From NCBI GenBank assembly GCA_001949185.1, contig BDGG01000002.1, forward strand, positions 7,244,448 to 7,308,447: a stretch of DNA of 64,000 nucleotides, given 5' to 3'. The position numbers were made by a program, and so were the translations under genes. This DNA is from Ramazzottius varieornatus. Taxonomy: Eukaryota; Animalia; Tardigrada. The notes beneath the pieces are model-generated. The model saw only the letters and a list, made by a program, of their open reading frames with translations. It did not search any database and had not been told where the DNA came from. Below, one piece after another: positions 27,230 through 41,059 of the stretch. The stretch's first letter is position 1, and each line of letters opens with the position of its first letter.

Positions 27230-27422
27230 CAGAGAGACTAGAGGGGGCGGAGGAACGCGCACGTACGTCACGCCAGTCTTCCAATGACAAAGTCACTGGC
27301 AGACCAGCGACCATTAACGGTCGAGGTCAAAGGGATGACCATTAGCTGCTTGGACAAACCGAAAGTTCGGCCTTACCTGACAGATCGAGTCGTTCCCCAT
27401 TAACTACGTATGCAGGTACTGA

Positions 27423-29784
27423 CGAGGGGATTATGCCTGTCCCCACCTCTTTTTGGTCACACTGTCCTGGCGGAACGAGAGAGGAGAGTCTCTTCTAGGA
27501 TCTGAGCCAGCGAGATAAATCCCGCGTCGATCCTGGAACAAACTACAGGGACTCGGGAGTGACGTCAAAAGTACGGCGTTCTATAAGCAGAGTAATGAAC
27601 AATCAAGACTTGATTGTTCGATGGTTGATTCGGTTGTTGCTTGAGCCTGTGCTTCCGCTCATCAAGTTTCCGGTTGTTTTTCAACCTTCTCTCATTTGCT
27701 CATTCATTCCTGCGCTTCTCTGAAATGGTATCCATCAACTTGCTGAATTTTATCAAGCTGCTGGAATGGGACTACAAACTGCACTACCGTATCGACGATT
27801 TTCCAAGCGAAGCTGACAGGCAGTTCAAGGACATAGTTAAAGGCAATCTTGCTCTGCACTGGAGCTCAAAAACAAAAAAGATACTAATTTGATTCGTAAT
27901 CTTTCCTGGATTTCATCGACTCGAAGATCACCCAAAGTGTTACTCCTGTGTATGCCGTTGAAGAAGACCTCCAGTATGATCTGCAGATCCGCGTCGAGTC
28001 ATTTGAAGATTACGAAGCATCTGCTGTCCAGTGCAACCTGCTGAATGGCCGGAGTGAAGCTGACTTCGACGTTACGGAACCTGATAGACTGCTTGAGCCT
28101 GTTTCCAGCGGAACTGAACCTTCTTCCCATGAGCTATGCATCCCACGACTTCCTAACCCCAAGCTTCCAGTGGATCAGTTAGTCAACTTGGAGTACAAGA
28201 AACGTGCGGTTACATACTAGAGAAACGCCGTGAAGAAGACGCGCCTCACGTTGGCCACTGTTCAGAGAAGTTTTGGTAAAGTAACCAGCATACGGCAGCT
28301 GTACGAGTGGAAAAAGCAGAAAGTGGAAGGCGGTTCCAGGCTCGATAAGTTGAAGGCTCTACGTTTGGATGTCGGTAAGCAGTTCTTCCTCGCTAAAAGA
28401 AAAAAGCAAGTGGTCAAGGATTTGGACTTACGTCGATGGGCTCTCACTGCGAACGAAACGGTGAATTTGGCCGGTTTCACTGCTCCCCCAGACTGGATCG
28501 GAAAACTCGGACGGTACCAACAGTTTTTTGTGCTTCGATTTCCTTCAAAAACGAAATTAGTATTTTCTAGATATTATGGGATCGTTGACCGGAAAATAAC
28601 CAAGTTCGTCACCAAAAAATCCATACAAAAAGTGCCTCACGTCAAGGAAAGTGCGTAAGTCTGCGTTGAGCTTGTCAGATCAAGGATCGCAGAGTACGGG
28701 TTAGACTGTCTGTGGAATGCGGATCAGTCAGGCTTTGAATATGACATGAGACCAGGAAGAACTTTGGAAACTGCTGGAGTAAAACACGTGGAAGCGATCA
28801 TCCAGTCGGAGAATTCCATGACACATGGCCACACTAAGATGATGGCGGTCTCCCCGGGCAAGCGTAAGTTTCTTCCTGTTCTTTTCCTAACGCTGAAGGG
28901 AGAGAAAGGAGTGTTTGGTCCAGTCGTGTCGAGAACGATGTTCAAGGCTAATAATCTGTATGTCACTGCTTCGACATCCGGGAAGATGACCAAGAAGCTT
29001 TAATTAGAGTGGTCAGAAACAGTTCTTTTCCCTCATATGGAAGAGCGGTGCATTTTCTTGGCCGACTTGTGGAAGACCTTCACCGATCAACATTCTGTGA
29101 TTGAACTGAAACCGGAAGAGCTGGAGTAAGAAATGCTGACCATCCCTCCGAAAGTTACCGGTCAAATTCAACCGCTGGATGTGTTATGCTTTAGGATGTA
29201 CAAAGGCTGCTTCAAGAAGATATCCGACTCCGTCTTTTTGCACGATCTACCCGTTCAAGTGCATCATCGCGATGTGATTTTGAAATTGCACTCTTTGCTG
29301 TATCAACAGTTTCAGTCGCCCCGGTTCAAACATTTGATAGCTGAAGCTTGGCATAAGTCGGGATATACCGACGAATGTTTCATGTATGTTAATCCAGCCA
29401 AGTTTATGTTTGATAAGCTGAAAGGCAGTTGTCTTCACCAGAACTGCAGAGACATTGTTCTTCTGGTTTGCGGGTGGTGCAAGGCCCGTCTTTGCTTCCA
29501 TCACTTTTATAACGCTCATCATTTCTGTACTATCTATTTACCGTAATAAGTTTGTTTACTGATGGGTTTCAGGGCTTGTTTGTTAGGTCTAACGTGGACC
29601 TACAAGACATCACGTTTCTACGTTATTAGCATAAATTTCTGACTTCACGTCCGAGTCCCTGTAGTTTGTTCCAGGATCCACGCGGGATTTAGCTAGCTGG
29701 CTCAGATCCTAGAAGAGGCTCTCCTCTCTCGTTCCGCCAGGACAATTTGACCAAAAAGAGGTGGGGACAGGCATAATCTTCTCG
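27423..29784 (+). mobile_element. Full-length Tc4/Tc5-type (pogo-related) DNA transposon
   Basis: Imperfect TIRs of about 148 bp at 27423-27570 and 29637-29784 (left CGAGGGGATTATGCCTGTCCCCACC; right, reverse-complemented, CGAGAAGATTATGCCTGTCCCCACC). A TGA duplication at 27420-22 and 29785-87 reconstructs the target C-TGA-G (CTNAG). Confidence 0.92.
27725..29546 (+). pseudogene. Inactivated Tc5-type DDE transposase
   Basis: CENP-B-like HTH (VKDLDLRRWAL..FTAPPDWI). Catalytic motifs WNADQSGF, FLADLW and IQPLDV. C-terminal C..C..CGWCKARLCFHHF..H domain. In-frame stops at 28218, 28656, 29001 and 29127. Confidence 0.88.
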
Positions 29785-29972
29785 TGAGGAACACAAAGAG
29801 CCTGCGTTTGTGGCGTAGGTCCGGCAGGCACCCAAATACGCCAACATCTTCGAATGATTAGTACAGAATTGATTGATCAAATATGAAATGACGACTCATG
29901 ACTCATCAAAAACGTGAAAAAATTCGTCTAAAAAATTAGAAAAATCAGAACAAATCAAGGAATCATCCTAAG

Positions 29973-30102
29973 TACTGTATACTCTCCCGAAATTCTCGTA
30001 CGTCACTCCATTCAGAGTGTAAAACAAGAGAAAGAGTTCTCATACGGCGACCATAACAGTCTGAATCAGTGACGTGCGTGAATTTCGGGAGAGCACACAG
30101 TA
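29973..30102. mobile_element. MITE-like element with TA ends
   Basis: TACTGTATACTCTCCCGAAATTCTCGTACGTCACT ... AGTGACGTGCGTGAATTTCGGGAGAGCACACAGTA. Confidence 0.7.
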
Positions 30103-30920
30103 GAGGATCGTGCTGTCTGGAGCTCGAGCTTCGTCTGATGGGTTTGCGATTCAGAGTCCTTTGGGTATACCTCCTCTAATCCCTCTGGTGCTAAGTTCTG
30201 TTTCACCTACGGGTGGGTGGTACTTTTAGCCTCCTGGCTAACCCATCCAACATTTTTTATGGATTCTTTTACGGTAGTTCTTGGTTCGCGAGGCGGATCA
30301 ACTCGGCCGTTTTAGAAAGTTAAGATTAGCTTTTGATCATCCCGCTACGGGGGAAAATCAACTGACAGGATCTCTGATCCTCAGTATGTACCATCCTCCA
30401 CACAGTCGTACAAGTGAATCCGTCCCGAGTACTGAGCACGCGGCAGACCGGCCAATCAAGGGACAGCTGTCAATCAGTCGAGCGTGAATGTGCACTACCA
30501 CACACGGTTAGCCCAGCGTGTCATTGATTACCTGATTATGTGCTCAAGGCGCAAATCTGTACCACCCATCGGTAGATGAAACAGAGCTTAGTGCGCTTAC
30601 GCTCGCAATCTGTATACTCGAAAATTTTCACCAAGTTTCATCTCGGTTCCTTCACTTTCTTCCGTTGGGCAATCAAGGCAGGGTAGCTTCGCTCTTCAAT
30701 ATCTCAAGGACCTTGTCCTTCTAACATTCAGAAACTTTTCGTATGTGAACCGGTTTTCGTACGGGTGGAGACAAAAGGCGGAAAACGAGACAGCGCGAAA
30801 TATCATCGACTCATTCAGCCACACCATCTCCACCGGAAGTTCGACCATATGTGGACTGTCTGAATCTGATCCTCCACAGTAAACCCCCGTCCCACTTGTA
30901 GCTGATCGATCGAGCTAACC

Positions 30921-32236
30921 ATGTCGACGTGGACCAGGACAAGCAAAGCACAGCAAAGGATCCACAAAGAAAGATCCCAGGTACGATTGCTCTGGCCAGC
31001 TCGGCGGCGCTCGCATAACAACTGTCTGGACTTTCGACTTGCCTATAATTATGAATACATTTGAGTTAGTGGAAACACTTTGAGGAAATCAAGATATTAT
31101 CTGTTGCAGCCGGAAAGTCGGCAGAAGCTTGGATTCCTCGAGAAGAAGAAAGACTATAAACTCCGGGCAGCGTATGCATTTTGAACCGTTCTGTTTCGGG
31201 TACGGGCTAAGTGGGAACCATTTTGTTTTGATATGCAGGGATCATGAACGGAAGAAAACCACTATCAAAGCACTACGGCAGAAGGCACTAGATCGCAATC
31301 CTGATGAGTTTTATTTCCATATGCATAATTCCAAAGTCGAGGTAAGTTTTACAGCGAATTTTGCACGTATGAATATTCCGTAACGTCTTTCGATTTTCGA
31401 ATGCCGCTCTAAATACATATGCATAATCTTGCTTCCAGAATGGGAAACATATGGAGAAGAAAAAGAAGGATGATGATACGGATGAACAGATGATGCTTCT
31501 GCAAAGCCAGAATCTTGCTTATATCAGGTCTAAATGTGTCGCGGAACAAAAGGTACGTACTGAAGCGAGTACCCGTGTAACCTCTTCCGGTCGTGAATGC
31601 TCTGTGTTATGTGCCCAACCTATTCCCTCTGCTTCTCTTGTCAGAAAATTGACCGACTGAAATCATCGCTGTCCATGACATTCACGGGAAAAGCTGGATC
31701 GAAGCATAAGTTCTTTGCGGAAGATGGTAAAGAGAAACAGGACTTGTCCCAGAAACTGCTACAGCAAATGGTCAGTTCGACGGGAACGCAACCTCAAGAC
31801 GAAAGCTGGGAAACGCTTACAGATAGCGAGAAGGTATGGTACTGTATTACCGGATATGTGTGCGACTTGCTCTCAGAAACAATCTCTATCTAGTGGATTG
31901 CCACTTGGTGCTGCTCGTATTCTAGACCCTGGCGAAGCAACGGCGGAAATCCGTGAAGGAGCTGGAGCAGCGTATGGCAAGGGAAAAGCAGCTGAGGATA
32001 ACGGAGCAGAAACTTCAAGTCCGCAAGCTCTTACTGGTATGATAAATTGTTGTGTTACAGACTGTAGGCTTCCAACGGACTCCTTTTATTCGTATCTGTC
32101 TCAAAAACCGATCTTGTTCACAGTACGAAAAACCCTCGCCTTTTCATTATAGGGTAAAACTAAACCGATAAGGCTGAAAGACGCATCCAAAGACGCACCA
32201 GCTGTGTACAAATGGGAGTTCTCTCGTAAACGCTAA
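30921..32236 (+). CDS. UTP11: U3 snoRNA-associated protein 11 (SSU processome)
   Basis: MSTWTRTSKAQQRIHKERSQ|PESRQKLGFLEKKKDYKLRA, ALRQKALDRNPDEFYFHM, and C-terminus AVYKWEFSRKR*. Confidence 0.93.
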
Positions 32237-32335
32237 CATCACTACGTATCAGACACACTACCGGTCGGCGCAACCATTCTGGCCAAACCTGCAGACGTCC
32301 CACAGCCACAGGAAAAGAATACCGCGTTGTGAGTA

Positions 32336-34963
32336 CTACCGTTTTCTCCTGAAAGAGGGAATGATTAGAATTACAGTGTTGCGCAATGTTCAGTTTCGAG
32401 AACGGGTTGTAGTAGTTGAACGAACCATTGGGGTTTCGAGCGAGCTCCAGTATAAGCATATTTTTTCCTTTCCTTTACTCGCTTGTCGTGAGTGAGCAAA
32501 CCAGCTGCAAAATTCACAGAAAAGGTAGAACTTCGAAGATTCACATAGTACTGTACAAAAGCCATCAGCCGACATTACCTTGCCGCATCAGCTCGAGTTC
32601 TTCGCTGGTGACGAATGCAGTAAGGCACCTCGAAATGCCCTCCCGGATTGCTTGCGCTTTGGAAGAATTGCCGCCAAACTCCGCTCGGGCGATTACATCA
32701 AAGTCATACAGTTTGTTCAAAAACTGAAGTGGAAACATGACTTGCGTTCTGCAATACAAGCACGGGATTCATTCCAAGTACGAGAGAGATAGTCTGCAGC
32801 TAAGATGATCTTAGCGTAAAGGCCGACTGTTGCTACTGTTCCCGCTGCCAGATACTAACCTGTCTTGCACTCGGGGAAAGAATAACAAATCCTGCCCGTT
32901 AATGTCGTACTTCCCAGTTCCTTGTTTGAGAGTAACCCAAGCGTGACACGACTTTTTCGTTGCTAAAAAGATAACGACTGTAAGCTACGGCGCGCACAGC
33001 TTTTGTCGAAGGAAGAAGTATCTCATTACCGTGGGATTCTGCGTAAGATTTGCCGCTGTCATCTTTCTTGGGCTACGAATAAAGAAAGTGAGGCGTGAAG
33101 TACCCAAACAGCGAATCTCGTTTGCTCCTACTTACCACAGGAGGTGCAAGGTCTTTAGTTTCCGCAATAAGAACCTGTCGATACTTCTTGATAAATTCTT
33201 CGACTCTGTAGGCATAGGGGTGCCGTAGCAGCCTCTCCATCGTCAACACGAATCGTCGATACTAAAGCAACACGATCATAATTATGTCAAACATGTGTGT
33301 GCTGAACCATTATAATGGCCACATACATCGTGATCGCTTATCTTCTCCAGCAGCATCTTGCTCATCTCGTCTTTCGATTTCCAAGCAGTCCCCGTTAGGT
33401 CTCTGTATGTGGAGATCGCGAAAGTTTTACGGTGTACCAAGCAGCAGGCTGGAAATGAACACGTTAAGAGCGGCTAAACTTACATCTGCTTCTCTGGTGG
33501 CACCTTCCCTTTTCTAACACGTTCATCTTCCAGATCGTCCAGTTGCCTTGTCCAGTTCGCTGCATCCTAAAGCGCAAAAAGCAACATTGAACTCTGTGAA
33601 GACAACATAGCTTTGCGAACACCGTCGGCGTACGTATAACACTTGATAGTAGTTCGGGAGACCGGTATAAAATAACGAGCGAAACGGTCTTCCGTCGATG
33701 CCAAACTGAGCCTCTGCAATGACAAAAGACAGTCTCGGACCATGGATTCCTTGATATGATGTTCAAAGTCTAAGATATGTACCTTTTTCTTGAGGGAAGA
33801 CTTCCTGCGGTGGCTGTAACAAATTGAAAACATCGTGACGAGTTCAAGAACGAGCTTGCTGGAACGAATGGGCTCACCTTCATTAAAGGACGAGATCTTC
33901 TTGAAAACAGGTTCGACGGAAGCAAGTATCGGATAGAATCCTATGGGAACCAAACAGAGCCACATTTTACATATTTGCTCGGCAGAGCAATAAATAGCTA
34001 AGCTAAGGCGTATGCGAGTCTCCTCATAAGGAGCTATCGGAAATACAGAGCTTACATCAATATCTTCTTGTGAGAAGGTCTCCACGTCTTCGCCCATCAT
34101 ATTCGCTAGATGTCGACGACAAATCTCGAAATCCTGCTGCTGCTGCTTCATGAACATATCTAAGAGAAACGAAAGCATGTATGTGCAATCTGTCTGAATT
34201 TTCTGAAACTCTCCACAAGGTGAAATGGATCTCGCTTCCGGTCACTCACTATGCGCTTGCGCTCTTTCCAGATACGATCGCATAGCCCTGTTGACTTTCA
34301 CTTTGGGATCTGCAAAATATAGTCTTAAGGCTCCATCCCACATCCCATAATTTGAATCGATCGACGGGAGACTTCGCAGGGAAGCCTGGTCAGCTGTACC
34401 TGCTTCGTTCAGATGGGCATTTTTGACGAATTCCGAAACCGCTGCACCTGACAGTTTCCGTGGCGCGTTTGCGTCGCTCGGCGAGTTCGAAGACATCCTC
34501 GGACTGCCTGATACCGAGCTTACACCACGATATCCTTTCTACCAAGAGGAACAACGTACAGTCGAAGGCGGACTGTCGGAGGCAAATACACTAGTTGCAG
34601 AATGTTATTAATCTCACCCATGAAGTCCTGCTTGGTCCGGCATACCGCGTGGCTTGGTCCAGCAACAAGCGCAAGTGCGATGTGGTCCATCTCACTCCCT
34701 TGGCCAGCTCCGACATCCTGAAGCCTACCCCAGGTTTCTCCCGTGCAATAATTCGAAGCAACAAGTCTTGGCAAGATGGAGTTGCAGTGAGGTAACTCAG
34801 ACCAGTACCAGAGGGGGATGCCAGTACTTTGCAAAAACGAAAGTAAAGTGAATCATCCCCCGCGACTCAATCAGGAGGAGATGCTCCACCAATAAGAATC
34901 CCAGACCGTGTACCAAAACACATGACGTATGAGGCGTTTGGTAGGTCATACTGGTACCGCCAT
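32336..34963 (-). CDS. MRPS9: Mitochondrial ribosomal protein uS9m
   Basis: AMRSYLERAQAH, RRHLANMMGEDVETFSQEDID|DSIRYLLPSNLFSRRSRPLMK, FGIDGRPFRSLFYTGLPNYY, MFPLQF..GGNSSKAQAIR, AGLLTHDKRVKERKK..GARSKPQW|RKR*. The start codon position is uncertain. Confidence 0.9.
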
Positions 34964-35218
34964 AGCGTGATCTGCGATTTTGCGCAGGCGGAGCTCGTAG
35001 TTTTCGCTTGATACTTGATTGACCATGTTCCAGAGTTTTGAATTTGAAACTGCTATTTTAATATCCCAACTCTTTTTCCGCGATCCTTCTTCTGATTCCC
35101 TGCTTTGTGGTTCGTACCTCGTACTCACAAATCTCGTTGTGCTATCTGGTTGTCTGTATTTTCGGATTCAACCGATCCGGACTCGCACTAGGACAGATCT
35201 GTGGCCCTGCGGAAACAT

Positions 35219-36013
35219 CATGAAACTCCAGTGTCCAGCCATGTGTTGTCTTTCCTTGTTGACTATTCTCATATTCCGTGATGTTTACGCAAACGATACA
35301 GATAAACCGTCTTCCGCCTCCCCTAAGAAGAAGAAATCCTTGTTAGACTACAATGACGCAGACATGGAACGCATTTACGACGAATGGGAGGTTGGTGAAT
35401 GAAAATTAGTTGCTGTGTTCCGGACCGTTACATCACGCACCACTTGATGAAACAACGCTGATTCGCGATGACGTACTGCGCGACTCTCAGTGTTAATCAG
35501 CTTTATCGTTGTGCACTTGCAGAAGGACGAAGAGCCTCTGGCGGAAGATGAGCTACCAGAACATTTACGACCACCGCCTCAGATGGATTTCAGCAAGCTA
35601 GACATCAGTAATCCCGAGAATATCCTAAAGTTGTCGAAAAAGAGCAAGTCCTTGATGATGTTCGTGACCGTAAACGGGAACCCAACAAAGGACGAACTGG
35701 AAAGCATAACCTCTTTATGGCACGGCGCACTCTTTAATATGCATCTGGAAACACAAAGGTTCGCTCGTGCTAAAATAATTGGCTATCATTTGACTTGATA
35801 TGCGATGTCTCATTTATTCTTCTGTGTAGGTTTCTTATAGACGAGAAGCGAGCCATATTCATGTTCAAGGATGGATCTAAAGCTTGGGAAGCTAAGGACT
35901 TTCTAGTTGACCAAAACCGCTGTGAAGAAGTCTCGATTGAAAACAAGTCTTATCCAGGAAAACATGCAACGAGAAAGTCTTCCGAAAACGAGAATGCTAA
36001 AACTGAACTCTGA
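35219..36013 (+). CDS. MESD: LDLR/LRP chaperone MESD (boca)
   Basis: Signal peptide; KKKSLLDYNDADMERIYDEWE; EDELPEHLRP; NPENILKLSKKSKSLMMFVTV; RAIFMFKDGSKAWEAKDFLV; ER-retention-like end KTEL*. Confidence 0.94.
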
Positions 36014-36551
36014 ATTCTTGTTTCAGAACTGCTCCGATTCTTTAACAGGTTTATCCACGTCGGCTTGTTAAAACTTAAAACGATAAAACGGAAAGTCGGA
36101 CAATAGAGCGTTCACGCGACAACTATAAAATCATACGACGTGCCGCTGGAAAAGACTATTAGAATACAATGGCAATGGCTTGAAACTGCGGAAGACAACA
36201 AGTATCTGAAACGTAATTACAGCGATAATTGAAAAAAAAGTCAATAGGGGCATGTCCGCCCATCCGTCCAGGAGACGGACGCGTTCGCACCATTCTCCGA
36301 TTACAGAAAAAGGCGCAGCACGTCTCCCCTCGGCTGATTCCGAGTCAGTAATCATCGCTGAGCCGTGATGCCGGAACCCATAGAGATCACGCTTCCCATC
36401 AATACTTCAGTGCCATTGTGAGGACAGGATGTGATTACGGCATGATTGGTTGACTTTGAATGGGACTAGGAGTAGGAGAGCTACATGGGCAAGGGACGTA
36501 CTTCATCCGATCTGGAGCTATCGGAACCTGCTACCCTAGTTGGCTTCCACG

Positions 36552-37995
36552 TCAGTCGCTGTCGTCTTCATGACTAGCCAACTGCGTCTTGGAACGAAGG
36601 ATGGACGGAACAAGAGACTTATCTTGCAGTATTCCATGCCTGGAAAGAAAGCGCCACTTGCGAGAACAACCTTGTGGACTTTGTCTGCCGAGCTCCTAAA
36701 TTCTGATCAATAATGAGTCAAAAATTTCATAGGCTATCGGAATGTGTGCACGCCGCACGCTAAGTTAGCTGATAGAGCAAAAGACGTCATTATGATCCGA
36801 TGATTGACTGAAAATGACTTGGAGGCACGTACTCAATGAGAAAGCTCTCGACATCGGATCCATAGATCTCGTCGCCAAATTCCTTGACAAGCTGGACGTA
36901 ATTCCCAATTAACTCCCCATTCTTGTAGGCTTGTAGGGCAGGCAGGCCGACACTCCTGAATCTGCTGCTCACATTTAGCTACAAGGCAAAAAGCACCCCA
37001 TCAGATTAATCTGCGAGCGAAGCTCAATCACGACGGAAGTTAATCCATGTTTTTCTTCTCTGTTACCAATGAAGATTTGATCTGGCAAAATTTGACATTG
37101 GAGTATTCCGACGCGAGATATTTCATGCAGTTTTTCATACTGGAACAGCCTGCAGCCTTGTCTTCGTAGAGTAGCACTACGACTAACGATCCTTTCGGAC
37201 CTTTCTCCGTGTTCTCCAGGAAGGCGTCTACCGAGTCAAGCTCGTGGACGGCGCCAAATACGGACACCGACCGTATTTTGGAAGACATTAGCTCCTGCAT
37301 TCGCTTCTCGAGGTACTCCTTTAGTATCTCATCCTCTGATTCAGGTTCCGTCGCGAGAGCCTCATCTTTTTCCGCCTGCTTCTTTTTCTCCTTCTCATCG
37401 TCAAGCTGTAAGAAAAACCACATCAGTCATCATCAATCACACTATCCCAGAAACATGGTTCACTGCGTAGCATCCATCTAAGTTCCATGGCTAACTGTTC
37501 CATTAGGTAACAGTCGCTAATGCAGTAACTGACAGAAAGCGGACCGGAAGTCAGGAGAACTTACGTGTGATCGGCAAGTCGTGGAGAGTTTATTGGCCAG
37601 GGTTATCCGTTCTTGGTCTTGTTGCTGCTTCTTCTCAGTTTCCAGCTGCTTGAAACGTTGCCAATCTCGTATGACTCCTTTAGGGCCGGTCTGCAAACAA
37701 AGTCTCATGACAGATTTAGTTAGTAAACAGGACGAATTCTAGTATATGTGGTTTGTTTGCACCGGGCCACCGGAAACGGAAAATAAGAAAGATCGCTTAC
37801 GTTGGTGCTGTATCCTTCCCATTCACGCACAACCTTTTCAGGTATAAATTTCAGTTTATTACTTCTGGCAGATGTGGCAGATCCATCCTGTGGTTCGTCT
37901 CCATCTCCTTCATCCTTCTTGTCGTCCTCGTCCTCGCTGCTACTGCAATAACATTGCTTCTTCTCTCCGAGAATCTTGTCCTCTAGTGTGGTCAT
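36552..37995 (-). CDS. PDCL: Phosducin-like protein 1 (PhLP1)
   Basis: MTTLEDKILGEK..YCSSSEDED, TGPKGVIRDWQRFKQLETE, LASEYSNVKFC, GLPALQAYKNGELIGNYV, ending HEDDSD*. Confidence 0.93.
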
Positions 37996-38718
37996 CCTAA
38001 CGTCCTTCTCCTGCAATAACGCTTCGAATCAAGGCAGGTCGGATCCAACAATACGCAAATCGATCCTGGAGGAGTACCCGATGAATCGCGCGATGATGGA
38101 CTGGCGCTGATCTGGAAGAAAAGATGAGGGACGAGACTGAGGTGCGAGAGGCTGACACTCGGACTGGGAGACTCAGCTGTTATGTTGTGTTATGTCAGCG
38201 ATGCAATGGACGTCACTGCGTACCGACGCCGATGACAGTATATACACGCGGACACGACAGCAAGATAGCAGGCGGCGCACCGGGTTTCTGCAAAAACGTG
38301 AGAAGCTCAGGACACCAGGCAGAAGACCTTGAGATAAAAGACCGGCATTTTATAACTTCTGATAATCACAGTGTTGCTTTATGCACTCTCCGAACCGAAG
38401 CGCTGGAATTTTTCGATGTGAACGGAAAGCGAAAGCTTTACCGAGAAAGGCCACGCAGTTGTCGCGTGCGCCATGATTTTTGTAAGGAAAGCATTCCGAA
38501 GCAAGTAGACACACAAACATAAAACAATATCTATACGAGTGGGCTGTCGGGAGCTCCTTTCCATCCCCGCAACGGGTCTACGGCAGCTGCCACAGTACAT
38601 GTTCCATGCAAACTAGTGCCGGAGTAAGTCTCACATAGCTGCCCATTTGCCAGACGTGGCTAGAAACCACTAAGGACCGAACCTAAACTGAAAAGCAATA
38701 TCGAAAACATGTCTATGA

Positions 38719-40409
38719 CTAAAACGATAACGATTCGCCATGGCGAACTGCCATGAAGTCTTCCGCCCGGACGTTCGCATCCTTCAGGCTTTGCGCCAGC
38801 CGAATCGGGGGCTCCAAATATGGCTACAAAGTAAAAGAGTAAAGAGTGAAGACCAATGTAGCGGAGTGAATTCGTTTTTGACTCAAACATACCTCCGACG
38901 TCAGCGTAAATGTTCCCCAGTGGATCGCAAGAGACTTCTTGCACCGCACGTCCTGATGTATCTGCACGGATTCTTCCGGCATTACATGCGCGAACTTCAT
39001 GAACGCACGAGGCTCTGTAAAAAAGGGGACACTGCAGTCACAGTACCGCGGCCCTAATTGGAGAGCACGCGTGTCAAGAACTAATTACCATACGCTCCAA
39101 TTGGGATAGCAGCGCCATCAAACGGACCGTAAACTTTCCCGATTTCGCGAAAAGCTGTGCAGTATCCGGTGTCACCAGGAAAGAAAAATCGATGCCTCGG
39201 TCCAATGACGCACCAGCTTCCCCAAAGCTGCTTATTTGTGTCAAATATCCCTCGTCGACACCTGGAAGGCAAAATCACAGAACTTTCACTCTGAATATGG
39301 TAAATCGTCCTCGACGAAAAAAATACCAGTGCTGTGTGGGCGTGAACGCGACGACGATGTCCGTTCCAGGTATCTTGTCTTCTTCCCACCATTTCATCTC
39401 GACCACATTCTCACAACCTCGAGCGCGCATCCAGGAACCCGTATTAGCTGGAACATACCATCGCAGCGCTTTGCCAAAACGCTGGTTCAGCTTCACGACG
39501 GACTGGACATCCAGGTGATCGTAGTGATTATGACTAATCACACAGGCGTCGATGTGGGGCAGCTCGTCGATCGAACAGGGAGGCGGCCGGAACCTGAAAG
39601 AACCCAACTCAAAGAACCGTAAATACTTTTCGATTTCGAGGTTGTCGCAAAGGACAAAGACAGACAACACAAAATACATCATGGGACTTTTATTCATAGA
39701 AAAATCTCAACACTTTAGCGCACCTCTTTGCACCAAACCAGCTATCAAAAGGCGAGCACCTGCAACGATGAGAAACGTCTTGTATCAGCAGTCTTAGCTG
39801 TGGATCGAAATGACTGGTCGTTATTGTCAGCCATAACAGTGCGTAATGACTACCGATTGCTGAATATGGGATCGCAGATGATGCCTACTCCATCCATCTA
39901 CCGATCGAAGAAAGAAATGCTGCGAGATTCATTCAAAACTCAAAGAAAATCAAAACACGTACCTGCACGACGACGGTTGCATGTCCTGGTTAGCACAAAA
40001 ACGGTTAGCGTTAAAACTTCGGAGAAGCACGGCAAAATTAGCTTGTCCTCTCTTTACCAAACCTTCCCTACCTATCCACGTCATCTTTGACTCCGGTGCA
40101 CCGTGCTTTGTCCTGACGGTGAAATCCGGAGTGATCACGGGTAATGTTCGCTCTAGTTCCTACAACATAAGAATACAGATGACATAGAGTGCAACCGAAG
40201 CTCTGTATATTGTTTCGGGGTGACTTTTGAGATCTTACGGCAAGGTTCGTTGGTACAGCAGCAAGTCGTTTCATTTTTGTGACTGCCAACCAGAAGAATC
40301 GGACCAGTTCTGAAAACCCAGGGGTTCCCCACGTGTCCCACGGTGAGGTATATCGTCTACTGGCAAACTTTGGCTGATCCAGCGTAGCACCGTCAAACTT
40401 CCCAACCAT
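38719..40409 (-). CDS. NAPEPLD: N-acyl-phosphatidylethanolamine phospholipase D (metallo-beta-lactamase fold)
   Basis: [25 protein letters not shown]|[45 protein letters not shown]. The start may lie slightly upstream. Confidence 0.92.
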
Positions 40410-40826
40410 GGCTCTGCTCTCACGGTTTTCCCTCCCAGGAGAACTGAGAGATGTCCTTTCGTTGTCCTCCACTGTAAGGAAGCATACCGCACTGAATGGT
40501 TGCAACAGCTCATGTTCCCAAAAGCCCACTCACTCTTTGAGGAAATGGAAGTCTGGATGACGATGTAGCCCCAGCAGTCCAGTCGTACCCAAACGGATGT
40601 GCGAACCCTAACATGCGCTCGTCTTTTTCGTGTTCCTTCTGAAAAACGCTGCGATCCACTCCGCTAAAACCTAAGCTAAACGAGTCGAGAAAAGTCGTGG
40701 AGCGTCGGAACTCGGGAGGAAACCAAATTAATTAAATTAACTAATTGATGGAAAAATTAAATTGTTTTCGTTTGATCAACCATAATCGAATCAACTCGTC
40801 AAAGCGTTATGACATGTCAACATGAA

Positions 40827-40973
40827 TACTATAATGCTTCTTGAACTTCGCGAAGTATGTCATCATATCCGGGAAACATCCCTTAGGGGGCTGCTAGGAT
40901 GAAATTTTCGGACAGGGGTTCAACTGTACGCGCACGATCACGTGATTCGCGAAGTTCAAGAAGCATTACAGTA
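40827..40973. mobile_element. MITE-like element with TA ends
   Basis: TACTATAATGCTTCTTGAACTTCGCGAA ... TTCGCGAAGTTCAAGAAGCATTACAGTA. Confidence 0.75.
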
Positions 40974-41059
40974 CTGGGCTCTGGTCGCTTCTGAATTCCG
41001 ATGTTCACGAATCACGCACGCGTCTTGTAAAGCGAAATCCGGAGTGAAATTGATCCCTC

